Positions 9,882 through 19,779 of a stretch of DNA of 52,126 nt are shown here, one piece after another. The position numbers and the translations under genes are program-made. Under the pieces are notes generated by a model. It did not search any database. It saw only the letters and a program-made list of their open reading frames with translations, and was not told the DNA's origin. Origin of the DNA: a virus. Its lineage: Duplodnaviria > Caudoviricetes. The stretch lies in IMG/VR virus record IMGVR_UViG_3300019876_000001, positions 1 to 52,126 of that record; one strand, given 5' to 3'. The first letter of the stretch is position 1. Each line of letters opens with the position of its first letter.

Positions 9882-10088
9882 TCACGTACCAGGTTTAGAC
9901 AGTTCTCTAAACCACGTATTGGTTGTGTTTATGTGTCCATCTTTCTTCATGCGCTGAAACCATGCAATAGCTTCTTGCATGGAGTTGAACGGACCGAAAA
10001 ATTCAAACCCGTCGATTGGTCCTCCCATAATAATGATGAAACCAGTAGCTTCGCTGGTAGGCATGAACTTAGTATCGACCTTTGGCAT
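9882..10088 (-). CDS. Hypothetical protein
   Basis: GGAGAGG RBS; 68 aa; palindromes on both sides. Confidence 0.6.
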   Translation of the reverse strand: MPKVDTKFMPTSEATGFIIIMGGPIDGFEFFGPFNSMQEAIAWFQRMKKDGHINTTNTWFRELSKPGT

Positions 10089-10116
10089 GGTGTAACCCTC
10101 TCCAACCCTGTGTGAC

Positions 10117-10500
10117 TCACACGTCTTTCTCTCTAATTTCCATTACAGGTGACGGTACTCCATAGTCCGGTGGATCGTATGGGAACCTAATGAAGACTCG
10201 CTGCCCACTTGCAATGTCCCAAGCATTGCCCGCCCCGTCTTTGAACACAGAACAGCACCTTACATTCTGCCATAGGTCCTGGTTGTCTATTGGCTTGACC
10301 CATTCATTATCTTCACCGGTAAGTGGAGTCAGCGACTTGTATGCAATCAGTCGACTGAATACAGGTAGCGCCACTGATACAGCACCTCCACTATCCCATT
10401 GATCCAAGAACTTCTCGATTAACTCGATCATCACCTTGGAGTCTTCCTCGCCAAAGTTGCAGCGCTTGAGCTCATCTTTTGCGTGTTCTATGATGCTCAT
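10117..10500 (-). CDS. Conserved phage hypothetical protein
   Basis: SGG...LTPLTGEDNEW pattern recalled from phage proteins; stop codon lies in the palindrome. Confidence 0.7.
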   Translation of the reverse strand: MSIIEHAKDELKRCNFGEEDSKVMIELIEKFLDQWDSGGAVSVALPVFSRLIAYKSLTPLTGEDNEWVKPIDNQDLWQNVRCCSVFKDGAGNAWDIASGQRVFIRFPYDPPDYGVPSPVMEIREKDV

Positions 10501-10760
10501 GGCTTCTTCCTTTCATGTTCTGGTGCAGGTACAGGCTTTTTCCACGATGGCCTCGTGCCGATAATTGTTCCCATAGCATCTCCTACACATAGCTCTACCG
10601 TTTTCAAGAAGGCAGTTCTCCGTTCTTCCTTTTCTACTAGTGTCATCCTGATAGACGCAAGCTTAATTGCTCCTTTCATTGTGCCCGGCATTGCATAATA
10701 TGCGTTCCACCACTTGCCCTCTACGCGAAAAGCAACACGTCCTATTTGTTGTTCACTCAT
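10497..10760 (-). CDS. Hypothetical protein
   Basis: ATGA-coupled to both neighbours; 87 aa. Confidence 0.7.
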   Translation of the reverse strand: MSEQQIGRVAFRVEGKWWNAYYAMPGTMKGAIKLASIRMTLVEKEERRTAFLKTVELCVGDAMGTIIGTRPSWKKPVPAPEHERKKP

Positions 10761-11011
10761 GACGCGTGCTCCATTATCTTCGTTGTGGCTCTCCAGACGG
10801 TGTAGCCCCTACCTCCACGTCGTCCCATTGCAGGTACTTTGAACTTCTGTACCTTGTCGTCAGCAGCCAAGAAATTCAACTCGGCTTCTAGCATTGGTGC
10901 CGTTGCGTAGGCATCGAACTTGGCCATGATGTCTGACCATTTGTAGCCCGGTATGCCTCCTTCTACGAGAAAATCTACTAGCCTACTCTGCCAATCTACT
11001 GTCGTTGTCAT
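10757..11011 (-). CDS. Hypothetical protein (possible winged helix)
   Basis: Start MTTTVDW is ATGA-coupled to the polymerase stop. Confidence 0.6.
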   Translation of the reverse strand: MTTTVDWQSRLVDFLVEGGIPGYKWSDIMAKFDAYATAPMLEAELNFLAADDKVQKFKVPAMGRRGGRGYTVWRATTKIMEHAS

Positions 11012-13506
11012 AGTTTCACCACCTTCATTTCTGACCAGCGATGTAGTCCTTTTGGGTCTTCCACGAACGCCTTTTTCTCGCTGTCCCATAGACTGGGATA
11101 GGACATCTTCAACTCCGCAGGTATGCCCAGCGGTTCTGGTTTCCTCCTGTTGTACACGTCCTGTATAAAGATATCGGACTCAGCATATCGCTTCATTATA
11201 CCAAGACAGGTCTTAGCAACTTTTGGCGTAGTGATTGCCACGAGGTTATCGTGTACATCAATGCCAATTCTCGCTTGTTCAGGCATTGGCCATTTATCAT
11301 CTTCTTCACACTGGTACCAAACCTGGACGATCTTGTCGCCAATTGTAGACTGAGGGTAAAACGCAATGATCGAGTCAAGGACAGAGTCATCAAGTCGTTG
11401 AACAACTTTGAGTCGGCGACCGAAGGGGTTGTAGATCGCACGCGTCTTACGGAAACCTTCTTCCTCAGCGGCCCACCAACGACGGAGTTCTGGAGTAATC
11501 GAGTGATATAACGCAAAGGCACGTGCGCTCTCGTGGTAAGGTAGGCCTGTGACTTGCGAGAGCCTGAAGCGCTCCATTCTGTAATTGAGACCGTGTCTGC
11601 ATCGTTTCGCAATATACCGTTTAGTCGGCCTAAGGTCCTTGTCCCAATCTTTGGTTGGTACTTGATCGTAAGGTATCTTGAACATTTGCGAGGCGAGTGC
11701 CCTGTGACAGTCATAGCTTCCATCCTTCTTTGCTCTAGCGAATTGCTCCTTCCACTCTATTATATCTGCTCTGAACGAGACAACTTGTGCCTCAGCCTGG
11801 GCAAGGTCGATATACAACAACACGCACCCTTTGTCAGCAACGTACATTCCTCTTGCCCGCATGGGCTGGTTTTGTATGTTTCCACCCTCTTTTTCGACAA
11901 GGAGCTGAGAACAAGACAAACGGCCAGGAGCCCTGCTAACTCCAAACTGTTTATTCTCGAACCTAAATCTACCATCTGGGGACACGCGAGACTCGGCATA
12001 TGTTCCACGAAATTTATCCTCCTCTTTGAACTTGTCCAGTGACACAAGCATCTCTTTATCGATTGCCCTCGTCTTAACGTTGGCCATAATCAGTTTGCGA
12101 TTATCTTCGTCGGTGGAGACGCCACGACCCTCTAGCTTCAATCGCGTGAAGAACAAGTCACGCATCTGATGATGTGAATTAGGATTGGGAAAATACTCAG
12201 TATCTCCTGTTGCCTCGTGAACCATATCATAGAATTTCTGCTCAGCTGTATTTACGTCGGCTGTTACCTGCTCAGTAATAATCTCCTTCATACTTAGGTC
12301 CGTGTTGATCCCGTGAACAGTTGAACGATACAAATGTGGATGTGCTCGCATTATGTGATTAAAGAATACTTCATCCATTCCTTGCTTCATGATTTCGTTG
12401 TGTAGCTTCTCGTAACATGCGTATGTCAAAGCTGCATCTTTGCAGTTGTACTTCCAATAGGTGTCGATATCTCCACCGTCACGCCATGAGTCAGCATCTC
12501 CCTTGTAGTATGGGTGTGTCGTGTATTGAGACACAAGGAACGCTAGGCTGTGAGGCAGCAGTGGATACAACGCGTGATGTGCCAATAGAGTATCGAACCA
12601 GAAGTCAGTGCGCAGCAATTGATGCATCCATGAAAAATAAGCATCGAATTGTGCATTCTGCGCTACCATTTTGTGTGAGTCACACAGGTCTTGGATTGCA
12701 TACAGGATGTTGACTTCTTCAGAGAGCGTAAAACGATTGCGCTTGTGATCACGAAAATTAATACACATAGCGCGATGAGGGTTATTCGAAAGGCCGATGC
12801 AAGCCATTTCATAGTTGATAGCCTCTACGTCATACGACACAGGACGCTTCTCACCTTTCAGGTCCTTGATAAAACGCATAGTCTCTTTGTATGTCGGGTT
12901 GATCAATTCTTCGATTAGGTGAGGCTTGAATGTTCCATCTAATAGATGTTTGGCTCGTTGCAGGTCTTTTATAAATATAGGCTCGAAGCGTGGTTCGCGA
13001 TCGCCCATTAGAAACGCAGCATTGAACGTGCATACTGCGTGACCCTTCCTCCCATTCGGCAACTCCAGCGGAAGCACTGACCCTCGCCACTTGGTTATTT
13101 TGTCCAATCCCAAAACAGCCTGAATGGCATAGTTCCCCAAACAGACGATAACCTTCGCGTTCGGAAGCTGCGACAGTTCCCATTGGGTCAAGTCGATCCA
13201 TTTGTCCAACTCATCTTTTAAGACGACGTGCTTCTCGTTGCCTTTGGAAGACAAACTGATCTGCCGTTTGACAACATTAGTTGCGTAGACCGTCTCAGGG
13301 CGCAGACCCCATCTGGCTGCACCTTCCCACATAAGCTTCCCAGAGCCTCCAACAAATGGCCTCTTGCGTCGACATTCAGTTTCTCCAGGACCTTCTCCAA
13401 TAAACACAACCTCGGAGTCGACTGGACCATCTGACAACACCTCCGTTAAGAGTCCCATATCATTAGCGTGGGATCTGAACTGCTCATGTAACTTTTCCAG
13501 CTTCAC
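11008..13506 (-). CDS. polA: Family A DNA polymerase with N-terminal family-4 uracil-DNA glycosylase-like domain and 3'-5' exonuclease (SPO1-type architecture)
   Basis: UDG motif IGEGPG..E.....PFVG.SG; exonuclease SYDVE, NAQFD, YNCKD; motif A IDLAQAEAQV; motif B RYIAKRCRHGLNY; motif C VHDN. Confidence 0.92.
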   Translation of the reverse strand: MKLEKLHEQFRSHANDMGLLTEVLSDGPVDSEVVFIGEGPGETECRRKRPFVGGSGKLMWEGAARWGLRPETVYATNVVKRQISLSSKGNEKHVVLKDELDKWIDLTQWELSQLPNAKVIVCLGNYAIQAVLGLDKITKWRGSVLPLELPNGRKGHAVCTFNAAFLMGDREPRFEPIFIKDLQRAKHLLDGTFKPHLIEELINPTYKETMRFIKDLKGEKRPVSYDVEAINYEMACIGLSNNPHRAMCINFRDHKRNRFTLSEEVNILYAIQDLCDSHKMVAQNAQFDAYFSWMHQLLRTDFWFDTLLAHHALYPLLPHSLAFLVSQYTTHPYYKGDADSWRDGGDIDTYWKYNCKDAALTYACYEKLHNEIMKQGMDEVFFNHIMRAHPHLYRSTVHGINTDLSMKEIITEQVTADVNTAEQKFYDMVHEATGDTEYFPNPNSHHQMRDLFFTRLKLEGRGVSTDEDNRKLIMANVKTRAIDKEMLVSLDKFKEEDKFRGTYAESRVSPDGRFRFENKQFGVSRAPGRLSCSQLLVEKEGGNIQNQPMRARGMYVADKGCVLLYIDLAQAEAQVVSFRADIIEWKEQFARAKKDGSYDCHRALASQMFKIPYDQVPTKDWDKDLRPTKRYIAKRCRHGLNYRMERFRLSQVTGLPYHESARAFALYHSITPELRRWWAAEEEGFRKTRAIYNPFGRRLKVVQRLDDSVLDSIIAFYPQSTIGDKIVQVWYQCEEDDKWPMPEQARIGIDVHDNLVAITTPKVAKTCLGIMKRYAESDIFIQDVYNRRKPEPLGIPAELKMSYPSLWDSEKKAFVEDPKGLHRWSEMKVVKL

Positions 13507-14072
13507 GACTTACCTCCCAGCAAATGCTCGGCCAACTTACCGATCTTTACCCACAACAAACTCATGTCCCCATCATTGACCAGGGAGTAATCTGGCTTGT
13601 CGTACCACCCACGAGAGTCACCTTTAAAAGACTTGCCCGGCATATTCGTTTGGATAACAAACCTATTGGGTAGTGCATCTATCTCTTCTGGGAAGCCTCC
13701 ATCATCAATGATGACGTATTCAGGATGGGCCAGTGGCTTCTTCAGCGAGCGATAGACAAGCCATCTACCGAATATATCCTTGCCAAACCGTCCCTTAATG
13801 TAAACCTCAGCCAAGTCAATCACTGACTCTCGTATCGAGTAGCCATTAAGTTCAGGACGTGCCTTCTCTTTATCAGACCAGCCATATGGTTCAGCTAGTG
13901 CCGCAGCATAAAAATGCTTCAATGGTGAACTGAACGAGTCAGTGATTACCTTTGGCGTCATAGCCTTCGATTTCAGTATCCTGTTCATATCGCTGCATAA
14001 CTCTACGGCCATCGTAGACTTGCCTACCTTCGGTGGTCCGTTGAATACAATGTATTGGATCGGCTTGGTCAC
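13503..14072 (-). CDS. Deoxynucleoside monophosphate kinase-like P-loop protein
   Basis: NGPPKVGKST, SFSSPLK, IIDDGGFPEE. Confidence 0.75.
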   Translation of the reverse strand: MTKPIQYIVFNGPPKVGKSTMAVELCSDMNRILKSKAMTPKVITDSFSSPLKHFYAAALAEPYGWSDKEKARPELNGYSIRESVIDLAEVYIKGRFGKDIFGRWLVYRSLKKPLAHPEYVIIDDGGFPEEIDALPNRFVIQTNMPGKSFKGDSRGWYDKPDYSLVNDGDMSLLWVKIGKLAEHLLGGKS

Positions 14073-14093
14073 TTGGGTTCTCCTCTGTGTGAG

Positions 14094-14519
14094 TCACACA
14101 ATCTCTAACAGCTGCTCTACGCTAAGGACGATGTTCTGCGCCAACAGGTACATAAGGTCAGGTTCTTGTTCTTCTGGCATGAATATGATCAATCTTTTAT
14201 TGGCACCAACAAACCATCCCGCTTCCATGTGGGCACTTCGGCCACACGGTAGTACCAATACGCAGGTATCTGCCCATTGCATTCCACGGAAGTCTGATAG
14301 ATAGCCATACGACGATATCTCGCTAGTCGTTAACTTATCTATGTACTCTTCCCGTGTCCACTTCTGCCAATTTGGATCAATCTCTTTCCAGTGAAAACCG
14401 GCGTAGCCTTCACGAGGGTTTCTGAAGTTGAATATCTCATGCCCTCCTGCCTTCAGGCTGTCTACCACTTTATAAAAGTACGAATTGCGCCAACTCGAAG
14501 CTACGTAAATCCTACTCAT
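14094..14519 (-). CDS. Nucleoside 2-deoxyribosyltransferase-like protein
   Basis: IYVASSWRN, D...M.WAD..VLVLPCGRSAHMEAGW; AAGGGAG RBS before MSRIY. Confidence 0.75.
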   Translation of the reverse strand: MSRIYVASSWRNSYFYKVVDSLKAGGHEIFNFRNPREGYAGFHWKEIDPNWQKWTREEYIDKLTTSEISSYGYLSDFRGMQWADTCVLVLPCGRSAHMEAGWFVGANKRLIIFMPEEQEPDLMYLLAQNIVLSVEQLLEIV

Positions 14520-14616
14520 CGTACCATCTCCCTTATCCACATGATTAACGGAACACTTAGTCCGCCAAGAACACCACCAGCAACTGCCTGCACGATTGTT
14601 ATTCTCCAATCACTCT

Positions 14617-15870
14617 CTACCCTTGCCGGGGCTTCCCCATAGACAAACCCATCGCCCTTCTGTCTGAAATCACGATGACCTTGTTCTTGGCGCGCGTTAC
14701 GGCGGTATAGAAGTTCCTCTTGTTCAGTAGCCATGAGTGACCTTTCGTTATGCAGTAGATGACGGTATCGAACTCTGACCCCTGTGCCTTATGCGTAGTG
14801 ATTGCATAGCCCAACTCAATCTGCTTCCTGGGATCATATTGGATCACAGTCTTATGATATGGGCTATACGTGACCATTCGAGCAGGCACCTCAATTTCAT
14901 AGCGCCTGTCCGACGTCTTCAACTTTATCTCTCCATCTTCAGTATCAATACTTGCAACCCTCCCAAGTTCACCATTGAACATATTCAGCTTGTAGTCGTT
15001 TTTGATCCAGAGGAACTTATCTCCTTTTCTAATTGCAAGCTTGGGTTCCTTTGGCTCGTATCTATCCAACAGAAGAAGTGGTCCTTTCCCATTGAACCTA
15101 AGTTGCAGTGATGGATTGATACGCATGGTTCCGTATTTACCACGCCTAGTTGGCATGATGATCTGATGGTTGTCATCTGCAAAGTCCTTTAATCCTCTTG
15201 TCATGTTCAGCATGTAGGCCAGTGGATTGTCATCATAGATGATCTCGAAACGATCATTCCTGAGAGGTATATGGCTCGCCAATATCCTTAACGCATTAGA
15301 CACAATGGCGTCGTCACTGCGAAAGTTATACATCAACTCGACAGATGGAAACCGCAGCAACGTCTCAATGAACGGCGGTGTGCCTTCCTCTACGGGCGGC
15401 AGTTGGTTGTTGTCCCCAAAGAACCTAATGGCTCCCAGTTTCTGCAACGAGTCCATCAACTGTCCATGTAGTGTAGGACCAATCATTGACGACTCGTCTA
15501 CAATCACAACTCTCTCTTCAAGTGGGTTCATGCGATTGTGCCTAGGTTCATTCATCAACTCTTCTGACACGTCATCCATATCGTCTGGCATCGGAAACTT
15601 CAGCAGTCTATGAATGGTCTTAGCCGGAATGCCGGTCAATTCCTGCACACGTTTAGCGGCGCGTCCTGTAGGAGCAGCCAAGGCTACCTTGATGCCCATA
15701 CTAGTCAGTTGGTTATACACATGGCCCAGGACCAACGTCTTCCCAGTACCAGCGCCACCTGTTACACCGGCTATTGCATTTTTCATATCGCAACACACTT
15801 CTACGGCATGCTGCTGTTCGAAGCTTAGTCTTCTCTCTTCTACTACAACTTTAGCCTTGGCTACCATCAC
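14617..15870 (-). CDS. RecD/Dda-like SF1B DNA helicase
   Basis: TGGAGTGKT, AAPTGRAA, TIHRLL, VDESSM, GDNNQLPPV, YAITTHKAQGSEF, YTAVTRAK. Confidence 0.92.
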   Translation of the reverse strand: MMVAKAKVVVEERRLSFEQQHAVEVCCDMKNAIAGVTGGAGTGKTLVLGHVYNQLTSMGIKVALAAPTGRAAKRVQELTGIPAKTIHRLLKFPMPDDMDDVSEELMNEPRHNRMNPLEERVVIVDESSMIGPTLHGQLMDSLQKLGAIRFFGDNNQLPPVEEGTPPFIETLLRFPSVELMYNFRSDDAIVSNALRILASHIPLRNDRFEIIYDDNPLAYMLNMTRGLKDFADDNHQIIMPTRRGKYGTMRINPSLQLRFNGKGPLLLLDRYEPKEPKLAIRKGDKFLWIKNDYKLNMFNGELGRVASIDTEDGEIKLKTSDRRYEIEVPARMVTYSPYHKTVIQYDPRKQIELGYAITTHKAQGSEFDTVIYCITKGHSWLLNKRNFYTAVTRAKNKVIVISDRRAMGLSMGKPRQG

Positions 15871-15871
15871 T

Positions 15872-16156
15872 CTACCTCTTCAAACCTGGGGGCAACACTG
15901 GATCAACCAACAGCTTCGTCACGTGTTCGACTGTAATGCCTTTGGTCCTTTTCGCTGGCTTGTTAATCTCTAACACCTGTTGTGCGGTCTGTATGATCAC
16001 TGCACGCATGAAGCTATTCACTGAAATACCTAATAGCCTCGCTGCTTCCACTACTACCTTCCTATCAGCAGCCTGACAACGCCACACCAGTTGTGCTGTG
16101 CCGTTTTTGGGAGGCTCCCGTAAGTTGACTGTTACTGTATATCTTGACTCGTACAC
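15872..16156 (-). CDS. DUF1778-like ribbon-helix-helix DNA-binding protein
   Basis: DRKVVVEAARLLGISVNSFMRAVIIQTAQQVL pattern; GGAGG RBS. Confidence 0.65.
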   Translation of the reverse strand: MYESRYTVTVNLREPPKNGTAQLVWRCQAADRKVVVEAARLLGISVNSFMRAVIIQTAQQVLEINKPAKRTKGITVEHVTKLLVDPVLPPGLKR

Positions 16157-16171
16157 GAGAGCCTCCTCAGC

Positions 16172-16474
16172 CTAACGCACCTTGAGAACAGTGAACAGAA
16201 CAGAGAACAAGTCGAAGTCGTGAGGCCCTGCCGCACTGACTAGTTCAGCGAGACGTTGAATGCCACGCGACTGCACTTGCATCTCATGTGCGCGTTGATG
16301 AAGCAGCTTAACCAGTAGATGCTTGTCCATTATCTGATTGACAGAACCAGCAGTGTCCTGGGTGCCATGGATCATGCCATGACCAGAGACGTCTTCCTTC
16401 TCCATACTAAGACGCCGCTGCCGCTCGGCACCCTCGGCTTGCTGCTTAAGCTCATAATCCATATCGCGACTCAT
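16172..16474 (-). CDS. Hypothetical protein
   Basis: AAGGGAG RBS upstream of MSRDMDY. Confidence 0.6.
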   Translation of the reverse strand: MSRDMDYELKQQAEGAERQRRLSMEKEDVSGHGMIHGTQDTAGSVNQIMDKHLLVKLLHQRAHEMQVQSRGIQRLAELVSAAGPHDFDLFSVLFTVLKVR

Positions 16475-16533
16475 CTCATATCTCCCTTGTGTTAATGGGC
16501 GCCGTGTGTGACTCACACAGCGCCCGGCTTCAG

Positions 16534-17103
16534 TTAGCGGCCCTTGCCTCTCGGCTTCGGCCCAGGCTTACGACGAGTCGTTGTCTCTTCCTCTTCCTCC
16601 TCGTCGTCCTCTTCCACTACCTTCGGCTTGACTTTGCCACGAGCAGGAGCTTCGGCCGCCTCAAGCGACTGAATTTCGGCCCTCATCTCGCCTTCCCATG
16701 GCTTGTGGCGGACTCGAACACGTACCTGACATCCCATCCACTCACCAGTGTCGATGACAGTTACGTTAGAACTCAGTCCCATTGCTTCGTACAACTTACG
16801 CATGTTGTACAGAGCACGTCGATCTCCCTTCTTCGGAACAATTTGACGGTTCCAATAGAGAATAACACCGTCTGGGAAATCATCTTTCGCATCGGCCGGG
16901 ATCTCATCCGACGCAATGACAATCTTGATGGCATAGTATTGGTTGCCCTTACCTGACGTCAGCTTCTGGACGTCCTGCACCTCACCGAGGTACACACCAG
17001 GACGAAGTTCCTTCGGCTTATCAACGTCAGCAAGACTGTCTTCCAGCTCGATTATGTCGAGTTCTTGATTTTCTTCTTGCTCTTGAACTTGAGCTTTAGC
17101 CAT
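16534..17103 (-). CDS. DUF669-like single-stranded DNA-binding protein
   Basis: LRPGVYLGEVQDV OB-fold-type start, acidic then basic tail; next to Sak4-like ATPase and nuclease. Confidence 0.7.
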   Translation of the reverse strand: MAKAQVQEQEENQELDIIELEDSLADVDKPKELRPGVYLGEVQDVQKLTSGKGNQYYAIKIVIASDEIPADAKDDFPDGVILYWNRQIVPKKGDRRALYNMRKLYEAMGLSSNVTVIDTGEWMGCQVRVRVRHKPWEGEMRAEIQSLEAAEAPARGKVKPKVVEEDDEEEEEETTTRRKPGPKPRGKGR

Positions 17104-17175
17104 TACTACTCTCCTGTACAGGTGTTGATAGGATCGGCCATCAACACTCGACTACTTCCCCTCCGATCAGGAGCC

Positions 17176-17397
17176 TTAATACTTCGAACTCTTCAGTTCG
17201 AGTACCTTACCTTGTTTGGGTGTCGCCTCTGGCTGCTTACAGTCTATGTGACTCACACGATCCCCATCTATACGAAACCCATGCTCAGGCTTTACGTTGT
17301 TGCCACATACTGAACATTTCTCGTATATCACTTCCTCAGCCCTCATTTTGGAACCTCTAACTTTTCGTAGCCATTTTGCTCCCATTGTGAGTACCAC
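17176..17397 (-). CDS. Small Cys/His hypothetical protein (true start probably near 17346)
   Basis: CSVC...H...HIDC; contains a near-copy of the palindrome. Confidence 0.45.
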   Translation of the reverse strand: MVLTMGAKWLRKVRGSKMRAEEVIYEKCSVCGNNVKPEHGFRIDGDRVSHIDCKQPEATPKQGKVLELKSSKY

Positions 17398-18203
17398 TTA
17401 GCTATAGTCATCTGGCCCTTATCGGGCTTGAGTGCATCGTACCTGAGCACGAACTCCTTTTCACCCGCACTCGTGAACATCCTAGTCTTCATAGGCTTCC
17501 GTAGTCGCGTTGGCCTTATCGCCAATCTTCTTTTACCTTCGACGCTGTTGTCCTGAGATAGATACCAAATCTCAGACCAACGATACGTCATGTTGTTAAC
17601 TAATTGGCCCCCCAGCATAACCGTTACGTAATCAATAATATCGTTGCCTCTGTCATCCTTCTTCGTATGTGGATCAGCTTCATGTGCAGTGCCAATGAAA
17701 TGAACGTTATGCTTAGCCGTGACTCTCAGTAGTCCTGTGAGCACCTCAAGCACAACACCATTACGGCCACCATATGCCGAGATACCCGGTAGCATCATCG
17801 ATGGATGAAAGTCCTTGCCCTTCCCAACTCCATCAGCAACGGCCTTTTGTAGCGCACGAAAAGCTAATGCTGTTACTGAGTCGGCTACAACTGTCTGTAT
17901 ATCCTCATTCTCAGATAGCGCCTTATCCAATCCAAACGGATCATCGCTCAGCCCATGTTTGAACAACTCATTCACGGACAGATCGTACAGCTTGACTACA
18001 TGAACGTCTCTTCTACCAGCCACAGACATGTGTTCGTTATCACCGAATGACAACCACAGCTTGTTCCCTGGTGCCGTGGCCGCAAATGTCGTCTTGCCCA
18101 CAGTGGCTGGCCCCCATAGGAATATCGCCATTCTGGCTCCTGCTTCCTCCGCAGGCTCGGCTGTGAATGGTCCCACCTTGAAGCCTCTTCTTGCAACAGC
18201 CAC
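17343..18203 (-). CDS. AAA_24/Sak4-like ATPase (ssDNA annealing)
   Basis: WGPATVGKTTFAATAP, VVADSVT, TAHE; nuclease-Sak4-SSB triad. Confidence 0.8.
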   Translation of the reverse strand: MAVARRGFKVGPFTAEPAEEAGARMAIFLWGPATVGKTTFAATAPGNKLWLSFGDNEHMSVAGRRDVHVVKLYDLSVNELFKHGLSDDPFGLDKALSENEDIQTVVADSVTALAFRALQKAVADGVGKGKDFHPSMMLPGISAYGGRNGVVLEVLTGLLRVTAKHNVHFIGTAHEADPHTKKDDRGNDIIDYVTVMLGGQLVNNMTYRWSEIWYLSQDNSVEGKRRLAIRPTRLRKPMKTRMFTSAGEKEFVLRYDALKPDKGQMTIAKWYSQWEQNGYEKLEVPK

Positions 18204-18260
18204 AGCACTCTCCGTAGTACCAACAACACGTCTTCTCGCAGCGACTAAGCTCTGTGTGAC

Positions 18261-18446
18261 TCACACAAGGCCCTTCTCTTTTGCCCACCACTCCTTCACC
18301 TCTACCTGCTTCCCGTCTATGTCTATCTCTTTGATCACCGATCGTGGTATCCATTTCTCTTCCCCATCCATCGCAAACAACACGGCACCCTCATCTTCGA
18401 AGTCGCGCAGCACTGACTCGAATGCTAACTCAGCATATGACTCCAT
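18261..18446 (-). CDS. Hypothetical protein
   Basis: GAGGGAG RBS; EKWIPRSVI...WWAKEKGLV; stop in palindrome. Confidence 0.65.
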   Translation of the reverse strand: MESYAELAFESVLRDFEDEGAVLFAMDGEEKWIPRSVIKEIDIDGKQVEVKEWWAKEKGLV

Positions 18447-18600
18447 ATCAATTCTCCCTCTTCATATCTTCACGCTTTAGCACCTTCAAGTCTTCAATAG
18501 CCTGTTCGATTATCCCTATAACATTCTTGTTCCCTCCCATCGTTGCAGTGGCCAACTTCTGGATCACTTCGTCGATTAGGTGTTGTGTTCGAATGCTCAC

Positions 18601-19779
18601 TTAACCCTCCATTACTGCACGTTCACTTGGACTCTTGTCTGCTTCTATCATATCCTTGAACTGGATTTGCCTACCCTCCTTACTATCACAACAGAACGGT
18701 ATGAGTGCGCACGGTCGAAAGTATCTGTTACACGAATGTGTGTACCTTGGCGCTCGTTCAAAATCACCAACGTACTGCTCGTACATATCAACCGTGTGCC
18801 GAAACCAAGCGGCCCAAGTCTGGAACGTTTCCTCATCTCGGACCAGTGGCTCCACAACATACACATCTTCACCTCTCCCCGTAGGCTTGATCTTTACTCC
18901 TGTGACCCTAGACCTAACGATAGGGAAACCAAAGATGACAGATGCAGCAAAGCAGTAACCACTTATCTGGTGTGACAACTCCCATTTGGCACGCCATCCT
19001 GCATCAAGCCGCGACGCCGTTTTATTCTCATCCATAACAGGCGCGTTCCTGAATTTAACATGGTGGACAAGACCATCAACAGTTCCAATATATCTGATCT
19101 CTTTCCCGTCTTCAAACGTGACAACCACATCAAAAACCTGCTCAATGCCCACAAAACTGCGTGGGTCTTCATCATCCTCCACGTAGATGGGCCAATTCTC
19201 CATCTTCGGTAGACACTCATCCACATAACATATCGTAGCGAGTTGCATATTTTCCATCGTCCGTATTTGGTCATCTGGGTTATCCACAAAGCCTGACGAT
19301 TGGAGTATGGCGAAGTTCAGTTCCAGTAGATGTTCCCTTGCGTCTTGCATCTTGAACCCGCGAGGACTCATCCCCTTAACTTGATCCAAACAATCATGCC
19401 ATCTCTTGTACTTGAATATCCGCTCTCCTGTGTACATGGCATGCTTCATCTTCTGATCTATGTGATACAGTTGCCATATCCTAGTCGTCGCGAACACCTG
19501 ATGCATTACCTCGCCTGCCTCTAGCGCCATGGATCGGGCGTTGCTGTCGTATCTTCGTTGGCTGGATATGACGCCCCACATCGGGCATTGGTTCACGGAC
19601 TCCAGGCGGGAGTTCGAGTACGCCTTCAGCGTCTTCTTCTGCTGGTCTGTCGTCTTCTTGATCGAGATCACCTCGAACTTCTTCAGTCCTGTTGTCTCGT
19701 TGCCATTCGGAGTCTCCTCCATCTGGTTCTGGATCATCTCGTGTGGCAACCCCGTTCCTGTTGATCGCCGAGTAGGCAT
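18601..19779 (-). CDS. PD-(D/E)xK Cas4/RecB-like exonuclease
   Basis: YSNSRL...CP, YIGTVDGL, DENKT, QISGY, C-terminal C......C.....C. Confidence 0.85.
   Translation of the reverse strand: MPTRRSTGTGLPHEMIQNQMEETPNGNETTGLKKFEVISIKKTTDQQKKTLKAYSNSRLESVNQCPMWGVISSQRRYDSNARSMALEAGEVMHQVFATTRIWQLYHIDQKMKHAMYTGERIFKYKRWHDCLDQVKGMSPRGFKMQDAREHLLELNFAILQSSGFVDNPDDQIRTMENMQLATICYVDECLPKMENWPIYVEDDEDPRSFVGIEQVFDVVVTFEDGKEIRYIGTVDGLVHHVKFRNAPVMDENKTASRLDAGWRAKWELSHQISGYCFAASVIFGFPIVRSRVTGVKIKPTGRGEDVYVVEPLVRDEETFQTWAAWFRHTVDMYEQYVGDFERAPRYTHSCNRYFRPCALIPFCCDSKEGRQIQFKDMIEADKSPSERAVMEG

Noticed and set aside
15872-16474. TacA/TacT-type toxin-antitoxin pair
   Set aside because: The DUF1778-like gene has no adjacent GNAT toxin; its neighbours are the helicase and a helical hypothetical
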